A DNA stretch of 29,561 nt from a virus (taxonomy: Duplodnaviria > Caudoviricetes), in the IMG/VR virus record IMGVR_UViG_3300011335_000225, positions 1 through 29,561 of that record; one strand, given 5' to 3'. Within the stretch, counting starts at the first letter, position 1. Each line of letters begins with the position of its first letter. Positions 1 to 8,314 of the stretch are shown here, one piece after another. Made by a program: the position numbers and the translations under genes. Below the pieces are notes generated by a model, which did no database searches, was not told the DNA's origin, and saw only the letters and a list, made by a program, of their open reading frames with translations.

Positions 1-1
1 C

Positions 2-199
2 GCCCCTTAAAAGCCAAAGAGCAAAGTCTTTTCCTTGCGTATCTAAGCCAACAATTCCCGTTCTTTTTGAAGGTAAATTCATCAAAAAATCTGCGGGAAC
101 TTTTGTGTCAAGTGCAGGCTCCATTTGCCCAACATCAAACCACAAAGCAGTTTCTGGCTCAGGCGCAAACTTGACGGCCTTGCAAACCAATGGAGTCAT
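2..199 (-). CDS. hypothetical protein, partial (runs off the left edge)
   Basis: ATG at 199 overlaps the upstream stop (ATGA); open frame MTPLVCKAVKFAPEPETALWFDVG... to the edge. Confidence 0.65.
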   Translation of the reverse strand, partial: MTPLVCKAVKFAPEPETALWFDVGQMEPALDTKVPADFLMNLPSKRTGIVGLDTQGKDFALWLLRG

Positions 200-324
200 T
201 GCGGATTCTCCTCGTCATCAAAAGCCATTTCATGTGGATGTGAAATGTCATCATGGACAATAACGCCAAACTCATTCGCCAGCAAAAATCTGCCGCACAC
301 TATGCAGTAATAACCTTCTGTCAT
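196..324 (-). CDS. small hypothetical protein, 42 aa, CxxC
   Basis: MTEGYYCIVCGRFLLANEF...; ATGA overlaps at both ends; GGAG upstream; not in the ORF track. Confidence 0.65.
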   Translation of the reverse strand: MTEGYYCIVCGRFLLANEFGVIVHDDISHPHEMAFDDEENPQ

Positions 325-701
325 GTGTTCTCCTCGGCGTAGCCGTTCTTTTGCTTAAGTTTGGCTTCAATGGCTCGGGCAAAGTCTGCAAACGATGCGC
401 CATTAGTGTCATCCCATGCGACATAAGCATCACCAATATCCTCATCCGTCAGCCCAACCCATGTGCGCTGTGGTGGGGTGGTGTAAAGGGGAGTCGTGCT
501 AGGGTCATCAAATGGCTCTCCATATTCAATCTGCTCGCACTCTCCGTCTGTGTTTATGTACATCCACGCCACAGGCTCTTGCTCTGGCTGTGTCAATCGT
601 TCTTTGAGTGCGGCGATGGCTTTTTCATAGATTGACCCACGCTCAATCATTAGCGTTTCCAACGCATCAAGCGCCAGCTTCATTGCTTCTTTGTCAGTCA
701 T
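321..701 (-). CDS. phage accessory protein with QEPVAW...PLYT modular motif
   Basis: Start moved to MTDKEAM (701), which overlaps the upstream stop; QPEQEPVAW/PLYTTPP/WVGLTDE/FARAIEAKL pattern typical of variable phage accessory proteins. Confidence 0.75.
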   Translation of the reverse strand: MTDKEAMKLALDALETLMIERGSIYEKAIAALKERLTQPEQEPVAWMYINTDGECEQIEYGEPFDDPSTTPLYTTPPQRTWVGLTDEDIGDAYVAWDDTNGASFADFARAIEAKLKQKNGYAEENT

Positions 702-943
702 GCTTGTCCCCTTGCTCTGATTGCTCTCAAGCATTCTTGTGCGCCCCATGCAGCCATACCTGTCATTTTGTCAGCCATGTCATTGCAAGTCTTTGCACAC
801 GCCTCACGCTCTTTGGCTGCTACCAGTTTGGCAAAGGCTTCAAGCATTGACAACAATTGCTTATCGGTGAAGTACATAGGCTTCATATCTGCTAATGGAC
901 ATCCCGCCTGTCTAGCCATCTCAATGATTTCATCTTGTGTCAT
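698..943 (-). CDS. phage hypothetical protein (EREACAK...AIRARG type)
   Basis: ORF track; ATGA overlaps; GGAG SD. Confidence 0.8.
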   Translation of the reverse strand: MTQDEIIEMARQAGCPLADMKPMYFTDKQLLSMLEAFAKLVAAKEREACAKTCNDMADKMTGMAAWGAQECLRAIRARGQA

Positions 944-1155
944 GCTTCTGTCTCCAGTGGTACATCACGCCATTCGCCACGATTTGGTGATGGTAAAGTG
1001 TTTCCCTCTTTGTCGGTTATGTGTACTGCCAGCACTATGTTTTTATCCTCCCACCATTGCTGGAGGATGCGAACTTTATGTGGCTCACGAAAATGCTCAC
1101 CATTGTGTGAATAACTGTTGCGCTCAACAAAGCGCAGTTTTGGTGTTGGTGTCAT
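940..1155 (-). CDS. phage hypothetical protein
   Basis: ORF track; LQQWW...EWRDVP pattern; coupled to the next gene. Confidence 0.75.
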   Translation of the reverse strand: MTPTPKLRFVERNSYSHNGEHFREPHKVRILQQWWEDKNIVLAVHITDKEGNTLPSPNRGEWRDVPLETEA

Positions 1156-1168
1156 GCTTCCCTCGCTT

Positions 1169-1414
1169 TCATTTGGTCACGCCTTGATTGAAGGCATTGG
1201 TCATTTCATTTACATAGTCGGCTTCAGCTTCTTGCCACGCCTCAACCAAAGCGTCAGACCACATCAACCCATGCTGACCAATGAAGTCGCTGACCGCCAC
1301 GCCCAGTTTCTCAATTGAAATCATTTCATTACCCTGCCTCCAGCACAGACAAGGACTACCCACAATTTGGGGTCTGCCACAGTGTCCACAGTTGTATAAG
1401 GATGCTGTCATCAT
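1169..1414 (-). CDS. hypothetical protein with N-terminal Cys cluster
   Basis: CGHC...CLC; ATGA overlap with the upstream gene. Confidence 0.6.
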   Translation of the reverse strand: MMTASLYNCGHCGRPQIVGSPCLCWRQGNEMISIEKLGVAVSDFIGQHGLMWSDALVEAWQEAEADYVNEMTNAFNQGVTK

Positions 1415-1602
1415 CTGTTCTCCGAAGGTACAAATTTAAACGCCTTGTTTGCGTTGATAAGCCCATACGGGCTGGCGGTAAAGTTATGACCCTTGTAGCA
1501 GTCATAACAGTATTGAGTTGGCGACTTGATGTCGCACTTGCATTTGCGGCAGAACTTCCATGGCTTGCGCTTGATGGCTTTTTCTCTTTGTTCAGGTGTC
1601 AT
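1411..1602 (-). CDS. small zinc-ribbon protein
   Basis: CRKC...CYDC; ATGA overlaps. Confidence 0.7.
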   Translation of the reverse strand: MTPEQREKAIKRKPWKFCRKCKCDIKSPTQYCYDCYKGHNFTASPYGLINANKAFKFVPSENR

Positions 1603-1850
1603 CGCTTCATCCCCCTCACAAACGCCGCAAAGCTTTGCACAGTGTCACGCCCAAATGGCATGGTGAACTTTGTCTCCAACTCCACAGCCACCTCTTCAAT
1701 CGTGTCGTTGCGGTGCAGGTGTACAAACTCTGCGGGGTGTGAGTGCATATCCATATGGGCAATTTGTCGCTTGCGGTTGCCGCTGGTGTGTTTCCATTGG
1801 TTCTGCTTCATAGACAGCCGTTCAAATGCTTCGTCTTCTGCGTCTTTCAT
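1599..1850 (-). CDS. phage hypothetical protein
   Basis: ORF track; coupled overlaps. Confidence 0.75.
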   Translation of the reverse strand: MKDAEDEAFERLSMKQNQWKHTSGNRKRQIAHMDMHSHPAEFVHLHRNDTIEEVAVELETKFTMPFGRDTVQSFAAFVRGMKR

Positions 1851-2011
1851 GCCTTCACCTTAATGTTTTTGTATATATCTGCGTATTCCTTTGCCCACTG
1901 TTCTGGCGGCACACCCGCCGTGCGTCCTGCGTCTACCACTGCAACCATTGCTCTCAGGAACTTCACACGCTCCGCTTCAGGCAGTGCAAGAACATGTTCT
2001 TGTAGTGTCAT
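1847..2011 (-). CDS. small hypothetical protein, 54 aa
   Basis: MTLQEHVLALPEAERVKFLRAM...; AGGAG SD; fills the gap exactly with ATGA overlaps. Confidence 0.7.
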   Translation of the reverse strand: MTLQEHVLALPEAERVKFLRAMVAVVDAGRTAGVPPEQWAKEYADIYKNIKVKA

Positions 2012-2211
2012 GTTTTCTCCTTGATTGTCTTTTCTTTAGTACTGCGTTTAATCATCTTAAGAACAGTTTCTTGGGTATAAAACCTATGGTTGTTGTAACA
2101 CTCTCTGATCCTAGTAACATTGTTGTCCTCTGATCTAGTTGCTTTTACAGATGTTGTTGCTCCACATTCAAGACACTTCATACCTGAAAGATGTGTGGCT
2201 TTAGGGTTCAT
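2008..2211 (-). CDS. NrdR-N-terminal-like zinc-ribbon protein (putative regulator)
   Basis: MKCLECG...TR...RIREC..NHRFYTQE resembles the NrdR zinc ribbon; no ATP cone. Confidence 0.65.
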   Translation of the reverse strand: MNPKATHLSGMKCLECGATTSVKATRSEDNNVTRIRECYNNHRFYTQETVLKMIKRSTKEKTIKEKT

Positions 2212-2375
2212 TCTTTATATTCTTGTTTACGACTTACTTGTTTTTTAAGCAACCAGTTGTTACCTAAAATACGCAAGGCTCTTACCCACTGACGTTGGTT
2301 GTGTCGGTTAGTGCTTACAGGTATGTAATCAACGTTGTACATCTTTCTTACAGCCGTTAGAGCTTGTATATTCAT
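2208..2375 (-). CDS. small basic hypothetical protein, 55 aa
   Basis: MNIQALTAVRKMYNVDY...NRHNQRQWVRALRILGNNWLL; ATGA overlaps at both ends. Confidence 0.7.
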   Translation of the reverse strand: MNIQALTAVRKMYNVDYIPVSTNRHNQRQWVRALRILGNNWLLKKQVSRKQEYKE

Positions 2376-2602
2376 GTTTTGTCTCCCAGTCCTTTAGATT
2401 TGTATTTTAAAAAGTCTTGACTACCAGGTCGTAGGGTTTGAACTTGATCTCCACAACCAAGTGTATACACATCCCTTTCAAAAATGTTGTTAACAGGATA
2501 ACTGCCAACTTCAAAAGATTCCTCAGTTACTTCTTTAATCTCTTTGAAGTAACACAGGGGAGTCTTTATGTTTTTACCCTCTGTTTTTGAAAAAGTTTTC
2601 AT
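2372..2602 (-). CDS. hypothetical protein
   Basis: Start moved to MKTF (2602), which overlaps the endonuclease stop; GAGG upstream. Confidence 0.65.
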   Translation of the reverse strand: MKTFSKTEGKNIKTPLCYFKEIKEVTEESFEVGSYPVNNIFERDVYTLGCGDQVQTLRPGSQDFLKYKSKGLGDKT

Positions 2603-3000
2603 ATGTGCCTCATAATGTATTCTGACCAATGTTTAGTATCTGAGAACACACAAGCATCAAGGCCATGTTTAGTTGCCCAATCCAAGTAGGTTGTATTGCT
2701 CTTTTTAGACAGCCCTTGATTGCGTTGTAACACGTACAGAATCGTAATTTCTGGGTGCTGTTCTTTGATAAGCACTGCTTTCTTTCTGTCAGTTCCTGTC
2801 CATAGACCCTTGGTTTCTATGTACACGTTATTAATAACAGTGAAGTCTGGTGTGTAGGTGTGGTTGCTTGCAGGTATTACGTACTTAATCTTGTCTTGTT
2901 CATACCCCAGCTTCCACCCTTTTGCTTCGCAAGCAGCCTGGAATTTAACTTCTAAGCCGCTGCGATACCCTGAAGGGTTGTGTTGTTTAGGTCTTGGCAT
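2599..3000 (-). CDS. T7 gp3-like endonuclease I / Holliday junction resolvase
   Basis: YRSGLE, YTPDF and IETKG (PD-(D/E)xK) motifs. Confidence 0.92.
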   Translation of the reverse strand: MPRPKQHNPSGYRSGLEVKFQAACEAKGWKLGYEQDKIKYVIPASNHTYTPDFTVINNVYIETKGLWTGTDRKKAVLIKEQHPEITILYVLQRNQGLSKKSNTTYLDWATKHGLDACVFSDTKHWSEYIMRHI

Positions 3001-3178
3001 TGCTCTTGGTGCTTAGTTTTATGATTTCTTCTTCACGATCTTTAATAGTAATACAAAGTTGCTTTATGTAGACCTCTAACAAACCTACTCGGTAAGCTAA
3101 ACGATCTTCTGCTACTCCATCCCTATACATAACATCACTTGTTTGTTTTGCGTTAGCAATCAGGTAGTCTGCATTCAT
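2987..3178 (-). CDS. hypothetical protein
   Basis: ORF track; AGGA SD; operon context. Confidence 0.7.
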   Translation of the reverse strand: MNADYLIANAKQTSDVMYRDGVAEDRLAYRVGLLEVYIKQLCITIKDREEEIIKLSTKSNAKT

Positions 3179-3197
3179 TGTTGTTCCTACTGTTGTG

Positions 3198-3899
3198 TTA
3201 TGCCTCCCCGCCTTGGGGCGAGTCGGTTGTTGTTGTTCCCACCTGCGGTGGCTCCCAACTGTCGTTGGGCTTCTGCCAGATGTACAACAGCTTCATGTTG
3301 AGATAGAAGCGCTCATCATCGTTATAGAGTTCACGGCATTTGTCATACCACTCTTCAGGCAACAACTCTGCTAAAGCTTGTTCTGCCTTTACTGGACCTA
3401 TACCAGCCACACCAATGATGTTATCGCTCCTGTCACCTATGAGACTCTGCAAATAAAGAAACTTCAAACCTTGATCTGGAGTAACTTCTTGGGTAACCTT
3501 CTTTACAAAGTTATAGTGTTTTCCTGGTATCTGTAGTAAGTCCTTGTCTATGCTACAAATTACAGTAGTCCCACCTACTTTGTCTTGTTGGACACCCATT
3601 TCATCATCTGCTTCATAGCCATCACACATCTGAGCTTTGTGGTGTGTTACTAGGAACTCCCGCACAGCTTGCCAGTGTGCTGGCCTTTCATCAGGTCTGT
3701 TAGCCTTGTAGCTAGGAGCAATCTCCCTTCGGAAATTGCCCGTGCCTGTTAGATATACGCTGTAAGACGTAGCCTTTGTGTCTTCAAGAATGTCTTGAAT
3801 CATCTGGTCAGCCCTAGCAAGGGCTACCCATTGTTCTTCTTTCTCTGCTGACGCAGCACCACGATAAACAACTATGTCCCCATCAATCAGTGCCCTCAT
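3198..3899 (-). CDS. 5'-3' exonuclease / flap endonuclease (T7 gp6-like)
   Basis: LIDGD, YKANR, EADD, DKDL, GDRSDNIIGVAGIG (H3TH) motifs. Confidence 0.93.
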   Translation of the reverse strand: MRALIDGDIVVYRGAASAEKEEQWVALARADQMIQDILEDTKATSYSVYLTGTGNFRREIAPSYKANRPDERPAHWQAVREFLVTHHKAQMCDGYEADDEMGVQQDKVGGTTVICSIDKDLLQIPGKHYNFVKKVTQEVTPDQGLKFLYLQSLIGDRSDNIIGVAGIGPVKAEQALAELLPEEWYDKCRELYNDDERFYLNMKLLYIWQKPNDSWEPPQVGTTTTDSPQGGEA

Positions 3900-4014
3900 C
3901 TACATCCTCCTCTTCCACATGGATGTTAAGAACTCTTGCACCATCAAATATTTCAATGACTTCAAATTTAACTGCTGCATTATTTAGCAGTTCGTATAGT
4001 TCCATAGGTGTCAT
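3883..4014 (-). CDS. small acidic hypothetical protein, 43 aa
   Basis: MTPMELYELLNNAAVKFEV...; AGGAG SD; ATGA overlap. Confidence 0.65.
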   Translation of the reverse strand: MTPMELYELLNNAAVKFEVIEIFDGARVLNIHVEEEDVDEGTD

Positions 4015-4184
4015 TTGCTTTCTCCTTTGATTTCCTCAATGTCACACACTTCGCCCTCCCAATTGTGGGAATGTTTGATGTCAAACGCATCGAGCGCGGT
4101 GGCCTCGGCTTCTGCCTTGCTCTCAGCGTCAATCTCTACGGTCTGCCAGTAGGTCATCACAACTTGCACTTTGAATTTCTTCAT
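4011..4184 (-). CDS. small hypothetical protein, 57 aa (DpnD/PcfM-like pattern)
   Basis: MKKFKVQV...VEIDAESKAEAE; ATGA overlaps at both ends. Confidence 0.65.
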   Translation of the reverse strand: MKKFKVQVVMTYWQTVEIDAESKAEAEATALDAFDIKHSHNWEGEVCDIEEIKGESK

Positions 4185-4417
4185 TTGATCTCTGCAATCT
4201 TTAGTAGATGTCCTACAGCATCAGAGTAAGAGACTTTAAAACCAAGTTGCTCAGACAACCTATTTCTCATAGCATCTATTTTTTGAATTACATTCTGGTC
4301 TAGACCTATAGATTTATAGATGTAAGTTGGTTTTATTGTTTTAATTTTTGATGTTACTGATGCAACTACTTTTTTAGGACGACCACGACCACGTTTAACT
4401 TGAACAACTTCTTTCAT
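4181..4417 (-). CDS. putative DNA-binding protein (AT-hook plus ribbon-helix-helix-like part)
   Basis: KRGRGRPKK AT-hook; C-terminal strand-helix-helix pattern (KSIGLD...SYSDAVGHLL); AGGAG SD. Confidence 0.65.
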   Translation of the reverse strand: MKEVVQVKRGRGRPKKVVASVTSKIKTIKPTYIYKSIGLDQNVIQKIDAMRNRLSEQLGFKVSYSDAVGHLLKIAEIK

Positions 4418-4437
4418 ACTAACTCCTGGGATTGATT

Positions 4438-4536
4438 AAAAAAAAAGAGGGCTTCGATTTTGTTTTCAACTAGATGTATATGAAAGCCAGAAAACTATAC
4501 ATGTCAACATCCTCGAATACTGGCTTAATAGCCCTC
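4438..4536 (-). ncRNA. candidate structured RNA / terminator with pseudoknot potential
   Basis: GAGGGCT/AGCCCTC closing stem followed by T9; inner stems; AAGCCAG/CTGGCTT loop-bulge complementarity. Confidence 0.5.
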
Positions 4537-4542
4537 ACAAAG

Positions 4543-5091
4543 TTACGACAACTGCAACTCTACTTCTCCAGTACCTCCATCTTCTTTCATAGCTTCTGCC
4601 ATGTCAAGATCACCTGCTGTGTAAGCTTCAAACTTACGAGCAAACTGAATAATAAGATCAAGCGTAGAAGCTTCCAAATCAAACGGCTTGCCTCCACGAG
4701 CAGCAATATAAATGTCAGTAGCCCGAGCAAGAGCGTTCTGACGAACAATTGCTCTATCACCATGAAGAGGGGGTACAGGAAAAACTTTGTCTTTGTAACC
4801 ACCATAAGATGTTTTTGGAACTGCTACAGCAGTCGGTACTGCAACTGTTGTTGATTCAGGTGCAGGACTAGCAACAGCTTTTCGTAAAACTTCTACAGAT
4901 TTAGTTTCAACACCATACGTGCCTGTAACACCATCAAACTGAATTTCGTAACCAGCCTCGACATTTGGGTTTTTAAACCCACACTTAATCCAAGTGCCGT
5001 TTACTTTCATTGAGTAAGTTGGTTTAGTGCCAAACTTGGTGTTTACGTCTTTTGTAGAGGTAGACTCTACGATGCCTGTCATCATTGCCAT
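4543..5091 (-). CDS. putative single-stranded DNA-binding protein
   Basis: Beta-rich OB-like N-terminus, Pro/Ala/Thr linker, acidic C-terminus, adjacent to the polymerase. Confidence 0.5.
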   Translation of the reverse strand: MAMMTGIVESTSTKDVNTKFGTKPTYSMKVNGTWIKCGFKNPNVEAGYEIQFDGVTGTYGVETKSVEVLRKAVASPAPESTTVAVPTAVAVPKTSYGGYKDKVFPVPPLHGDRAIVRQNALARATDIYIAARGGKPFDLEASTLDLIIQFARKFEAYTAGDLDMAEAMKEDGGTGEVELQLS

Positions 5092-5092
5092 A

Positions 5093-7036
5093 TCACATTT
5101 CTTTCATGTCAAACCAATTTAGTCCATAGGATGCCCCTGCATTGAGCTTCAGGGCCAATGGTGCTTTAAAAATCTTTTCAAAATATTTGTGTGTGTCTTT
5201 TAGTATGTCTGTGATCTCCAAAATAAAGTCAACTACTGAGTCCTTGTCAACATCGAACATTAGAGAATCGTGGATAGTGTTAACCATCTTCACATCATCT
5301 CTGCCTACCAGCTTTCTAAAGATAATGCCCAACATCATTGGAACAATATCTCCAGTAGCTAATCCTTGAATGGGATAATTCTTCAGTTCTGTTGGACTAA
5401 AGTTGTATGTTCTTGGTGACCATGTGCTGTCACTGAAGTATTCCCTGAAACAAAACTTTCTTCCTGTCTCTGTTTGAAACACAAATGTTTTTACTTTTTC
5501 ACGGAACCCATCATCATCAAGTTGGTACAAACTCTCAAGCTCTGCTCTTACAGCAAAGTCTTTGTGCCACTTAGCTACATCAGGGTAGCGTGTGTAGAAC
5601 ACATCAATAAACTTCTTAGCTTCTTCAAGGCTACAGCCAGCTTGTTTGCTAATTGCTTTGGCTCCAGCACCGTAGATCAATTGGAATGTCCTTGATTTGA
5701 ACGGCTTACGCTCTTCTTTTGTTGGCATCCTGCCAAACATGTCTTTGTACAGAGCACTGTGGATGTCGGTGCCTTTAGAAATGTCTGCAATCAATTGTTT
5801 GTCTCTAGTAACATGGGCAAGAGCAACTACTTCTAGTTGGTTGAAGTCAACTTCAACAATCAGACCATCATTAAACCTCGAATTAAAGATTTGTTTAATA
5901 GGGTTATTACTAATATTTTGCAAATTAGGATTAGTTGACGACAATCTACCAGTAACAGTAGATGTGTGATTTAGTTTGCCATGAATAAATTGACCGATTG
6001 TGTGCTTACTAAGACCTTGTACATACGTAGAAAGCTGCTTAGATAACTCACGGTACTTTAGCAAAGCATTGATGATGGCTATGGTTTTTGGATCAAATGT
6101 GTGTCTAAGCATGTCGTTGAGCACAGAATCATCGACTGATATTTGACCAGTCTTTTCTGAAACTTTGTCTGGATCGGGCACATACTTGATGAATGGTGGA
6201 ATTGCAACTTTCTTTTCTACCAGCTTGTATTTAGTGTTGCCATTCTTGTAGACACCTACTTCTTCCTTGACCTTTACTTTCTTGATTCCACCAAAAAAGA
6301 ATTGGCTCCATTGCTTAGGACTGTTGATGTCCTCAACAAGACCATCGTAGGTAACCAAGTCTTCCAACTTGATCTTTACTTCTACGTATTCGTCAACAAC
6401 TTCAACTGTGTACTTGTTTAATCTGTCGTGATCAATGTGCAGACCATTGAACATCATCTCTGTGGTTGCATGTAGTGCTTCCATTTGAGACATGATCAGA
6501 GTTAATTGGTTTTGTTTAACAGCCTGTTCGTACTGCAACACAGCAATTGTTTGTGTGTTAGCTACATCTTGTTGCAGATATGGGAGTAATTCCTCTGGAG
6601 GAATTTTGTCAGAACCCAACCCTGCTTGAAAGTATTTTTTAATGGTGTCATCTTTGACTGGCAACCCATACTTCACAGACAGCTCATCAAGGCTAGAAAA
6701 TTTAGTTTGTTGAGCACTCAAGATGTACTCAGCTAATTGTGTATCCCAAATGCGATGTCTTTGCAGTTGATACTTCAGATCAGTGCTTGTTTTGTACAAA
6801 TACATCAAATCAAAAGAAATGTTGTGTCCACAAAAGATTACTTCTGGACGGACTATTCCCAAACGAAACTCAAATAGTTCTTGGTCATAACCAGCAGAAG
6901 GTAACTCAGGGTTTCCTGCATATAGTCCAAACGCTACAACTCTATTATCAGGATGCATAGGATGAGCTAGTCCTATGTCTTCATTTCCGTTGAGTGTTGT
7001 CTCAACATCAATAGCTACAAATGAGGGTATGGTCAT
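5093..7036 (-). CDS. polA: DNA polymerase family A with 3'-5' exonuclease domain
   Basis: Exo I DVET, Exo II HNISFD, Exo III YLQQD; TGRLSS, motif A DFNQLE, motif B KSRTFQLIYG, motif C IHDS. Confidence 0.97.
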   Translation of the reverse strand: MTIPSFVAIDVETTLNGNEDIGLAHPMHPDNRVVAFGLYAGNPELPSAGYDQELFEFRLGIVRPEVIFCGHNISFDLMYLYKTSTDLKYQLQRHRIWDTQLAEYILSAQQTKFSSLDELSVKYGLPVKDDTIKKYFQAGLGSDKIPPEELLPYLQQDVANTQTIAVLQYEQAVKQNQLTLIMSQMEALHATTEMMFNGLHIDHDRLNKYTVEVVDEYVEVKIKLEDLVTYDGLVEDINSPKQWSQFFFGGIKKVKVKEEVGVYKNGNTKYKLVEKKVAIPPFIKYVPDPDKVSEKTGQISVDDSVLNDMLRHTFDPKTIAIINALLKYRELSKQLSTYVQGLSKHTIGQFIHGKLNHTSTVTGRLSSTNPNLQNISNNPIKQIFNSRFNDGLIVEVDFNQLEVVALAHVTRDKQLIADISKGTDIHSALYKDMFGRMPTKEERKPFKSRTFQLIYGAGAKAISKQAGCSLEEAKKFIDVFYTRYPDVAKWHKDFAVRAELESLYQLDDDGFREKVKTFVFQTETGRKFCFREYFSDSTWSPRTYNFSPTELKNYPIQGLATGDIVPMMLGIIFRKLVGRDDVKMVNTIHDSLMFDVDKDSVVDFILEITDILKDTHKYFEKIFKAPLALKLNAGASYGLNWFDMKEM

Positions 7037-7039
7037 GGT

Positions 7040-8305
7040 TTACTCAAATCTTGCTCTAATTGGATCAATGGTTACAAGATATTGCCCATGTCGTTGTGAC
7101 TCCATGTGCTTTGATCCTCCACCTGGAAGCTTGTTCTTAGGAACATTGATTGTGCGTATCATTTCTTCTTCTGGTGTCTTTGGGTCTTTGTACTTGCCTA
7201 GTGTGATCACAGCATCAGCTTCACCTGGTTTGTCAGTCTTAGAGCCACGAAGAGCATCTAAACCAATAAACGGAGGATCTTTCATATCCACTGCTGTTGC
7301 GCTTAACTGTGAAGCAGCAATAACTGGGCCATAGGTTCTTGCAAGTTCCCGTGCCCATTTGTAGATCTTGCCAAGTTTGATGTCCTCACGCTCGTCAGAT
7401 TTGTTAAAGCCATCTACTTTGTCTAGCTGGTCAAACACAATCAAACCTGGGTTGATTTCTCGAAACAATGTTTCTAAGTCACGAATGTGGTTCATGTCTT
7501 TAGTAACACGTATCTTGTCTTTGTTTCCACCCATCAATGTTGTATAGGCTTCCATTGCTGATTTAGAGCAAGCAATAATTACTTTAGATTCTTGACCAAG
7601 AGCAGCTTGAACAATCCTAAAGAACACAACAGAAGACTCTTCTTCGTTGTTGACCCATACAACAGGTCTGTCTATGGGTAGTTGCTGTGCTAGGTAGCTT
7701 ACTTCGCTTGCTAGAAACGTTGTCTTACCTACTTCTACTCGTGCAGCAACAATAATAAAGTTACCAATACGTAAAGGACCCAAACTTCGATTAAGAGCCT
7801 CCAAACGCCACTCGTATCCTGAGCTAGTAATCCGATCAGCAATAGCACTAAGGTCAGCCGAGACAAACAACTCATCTTTTTCAATGTATCTCTCCACATC
7901 TTTTAGTGCGTTGGTTGCTAGGATATGTACATGCTCAAGATCACTAGAACCTTCTTTAACTTTTTCACATTCTTCCATAATCAACGCCAAATAATCTAAC
8001 TCAATAAGAGTTTTGATCACTTCTTCGTGTGCGTGATGTGGCTCAAAGTCTTTTGCTTTTGTCAGAGTCATTCGTAGCTTGACAATAGAATCATCAGTCA
8101 GTCGTTTGCTTTGATCTGCTATCAGATATGCAGTGAAAGAAGACCAATTGAAAGTTGTAACACCTGGAAACGTCTTGTAGTATTTATCCATACCATCAAG
8201 AATGATATTAGTTTCTTTGGTTACTACATGCGGTTTGATATACCGCCTGTATTTCATCAAGCTCTCTTTGCTTTTAGCGCAAAGGTAGAGAACGTCATAA
8301 TCCAT
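7040..8305 (-). CDS. dnaB: replicative SF4 DnaB-like helicase
   Basis: Walker A ARVEVGKT, Walker B IVFDQL, SQL, and KNK near the C-terminus. Confidence 0.92.
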   Translation of the reverse strand: MDYDVLYLCAKSKESLMKYRRYIKPHVVTKETNIILDGMDKYYKTFPGVTTFNWSSFTAYLIADQSKRLTDDSIVKLRMTLTKAKDFEPHHAHEEVIKTLIELDYLALIMEECEKVKEGSSDLEHVHILATNALKDVERYIEKDELFVSADLSAIADRITSSGYEWRLEALNRSLGPLRIGNFIIVAARVEVGKTTFLASEVSYLAQQLPIDRPVVWVNNEEESSVVFFRIVQAALGQESKVIIACSKSAMEAYTTLMGGNKDKIRVTKDMNHIRDLETLFREINPGLIVFDQLDKVDGFNKSDEREDIKLGKIYKWARELARTYGPVIAASQLSATAVDMKDPPFIGLDALRGSKTDKPGEADAVITLGKYKDPKTPEEEMIRTINVPKNKLPGGGSKHMESQRHGQYLVTIDPIRARFE

Positions 8306-8314
8306 CTATGTCCT

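Noticed and set aside
3201-3226. GC-rich mini-hairpin at the 3' end of the exonuclease gene
   Set aside because: Short stem inside coding sequence with no clear match to elements 1 or 2.
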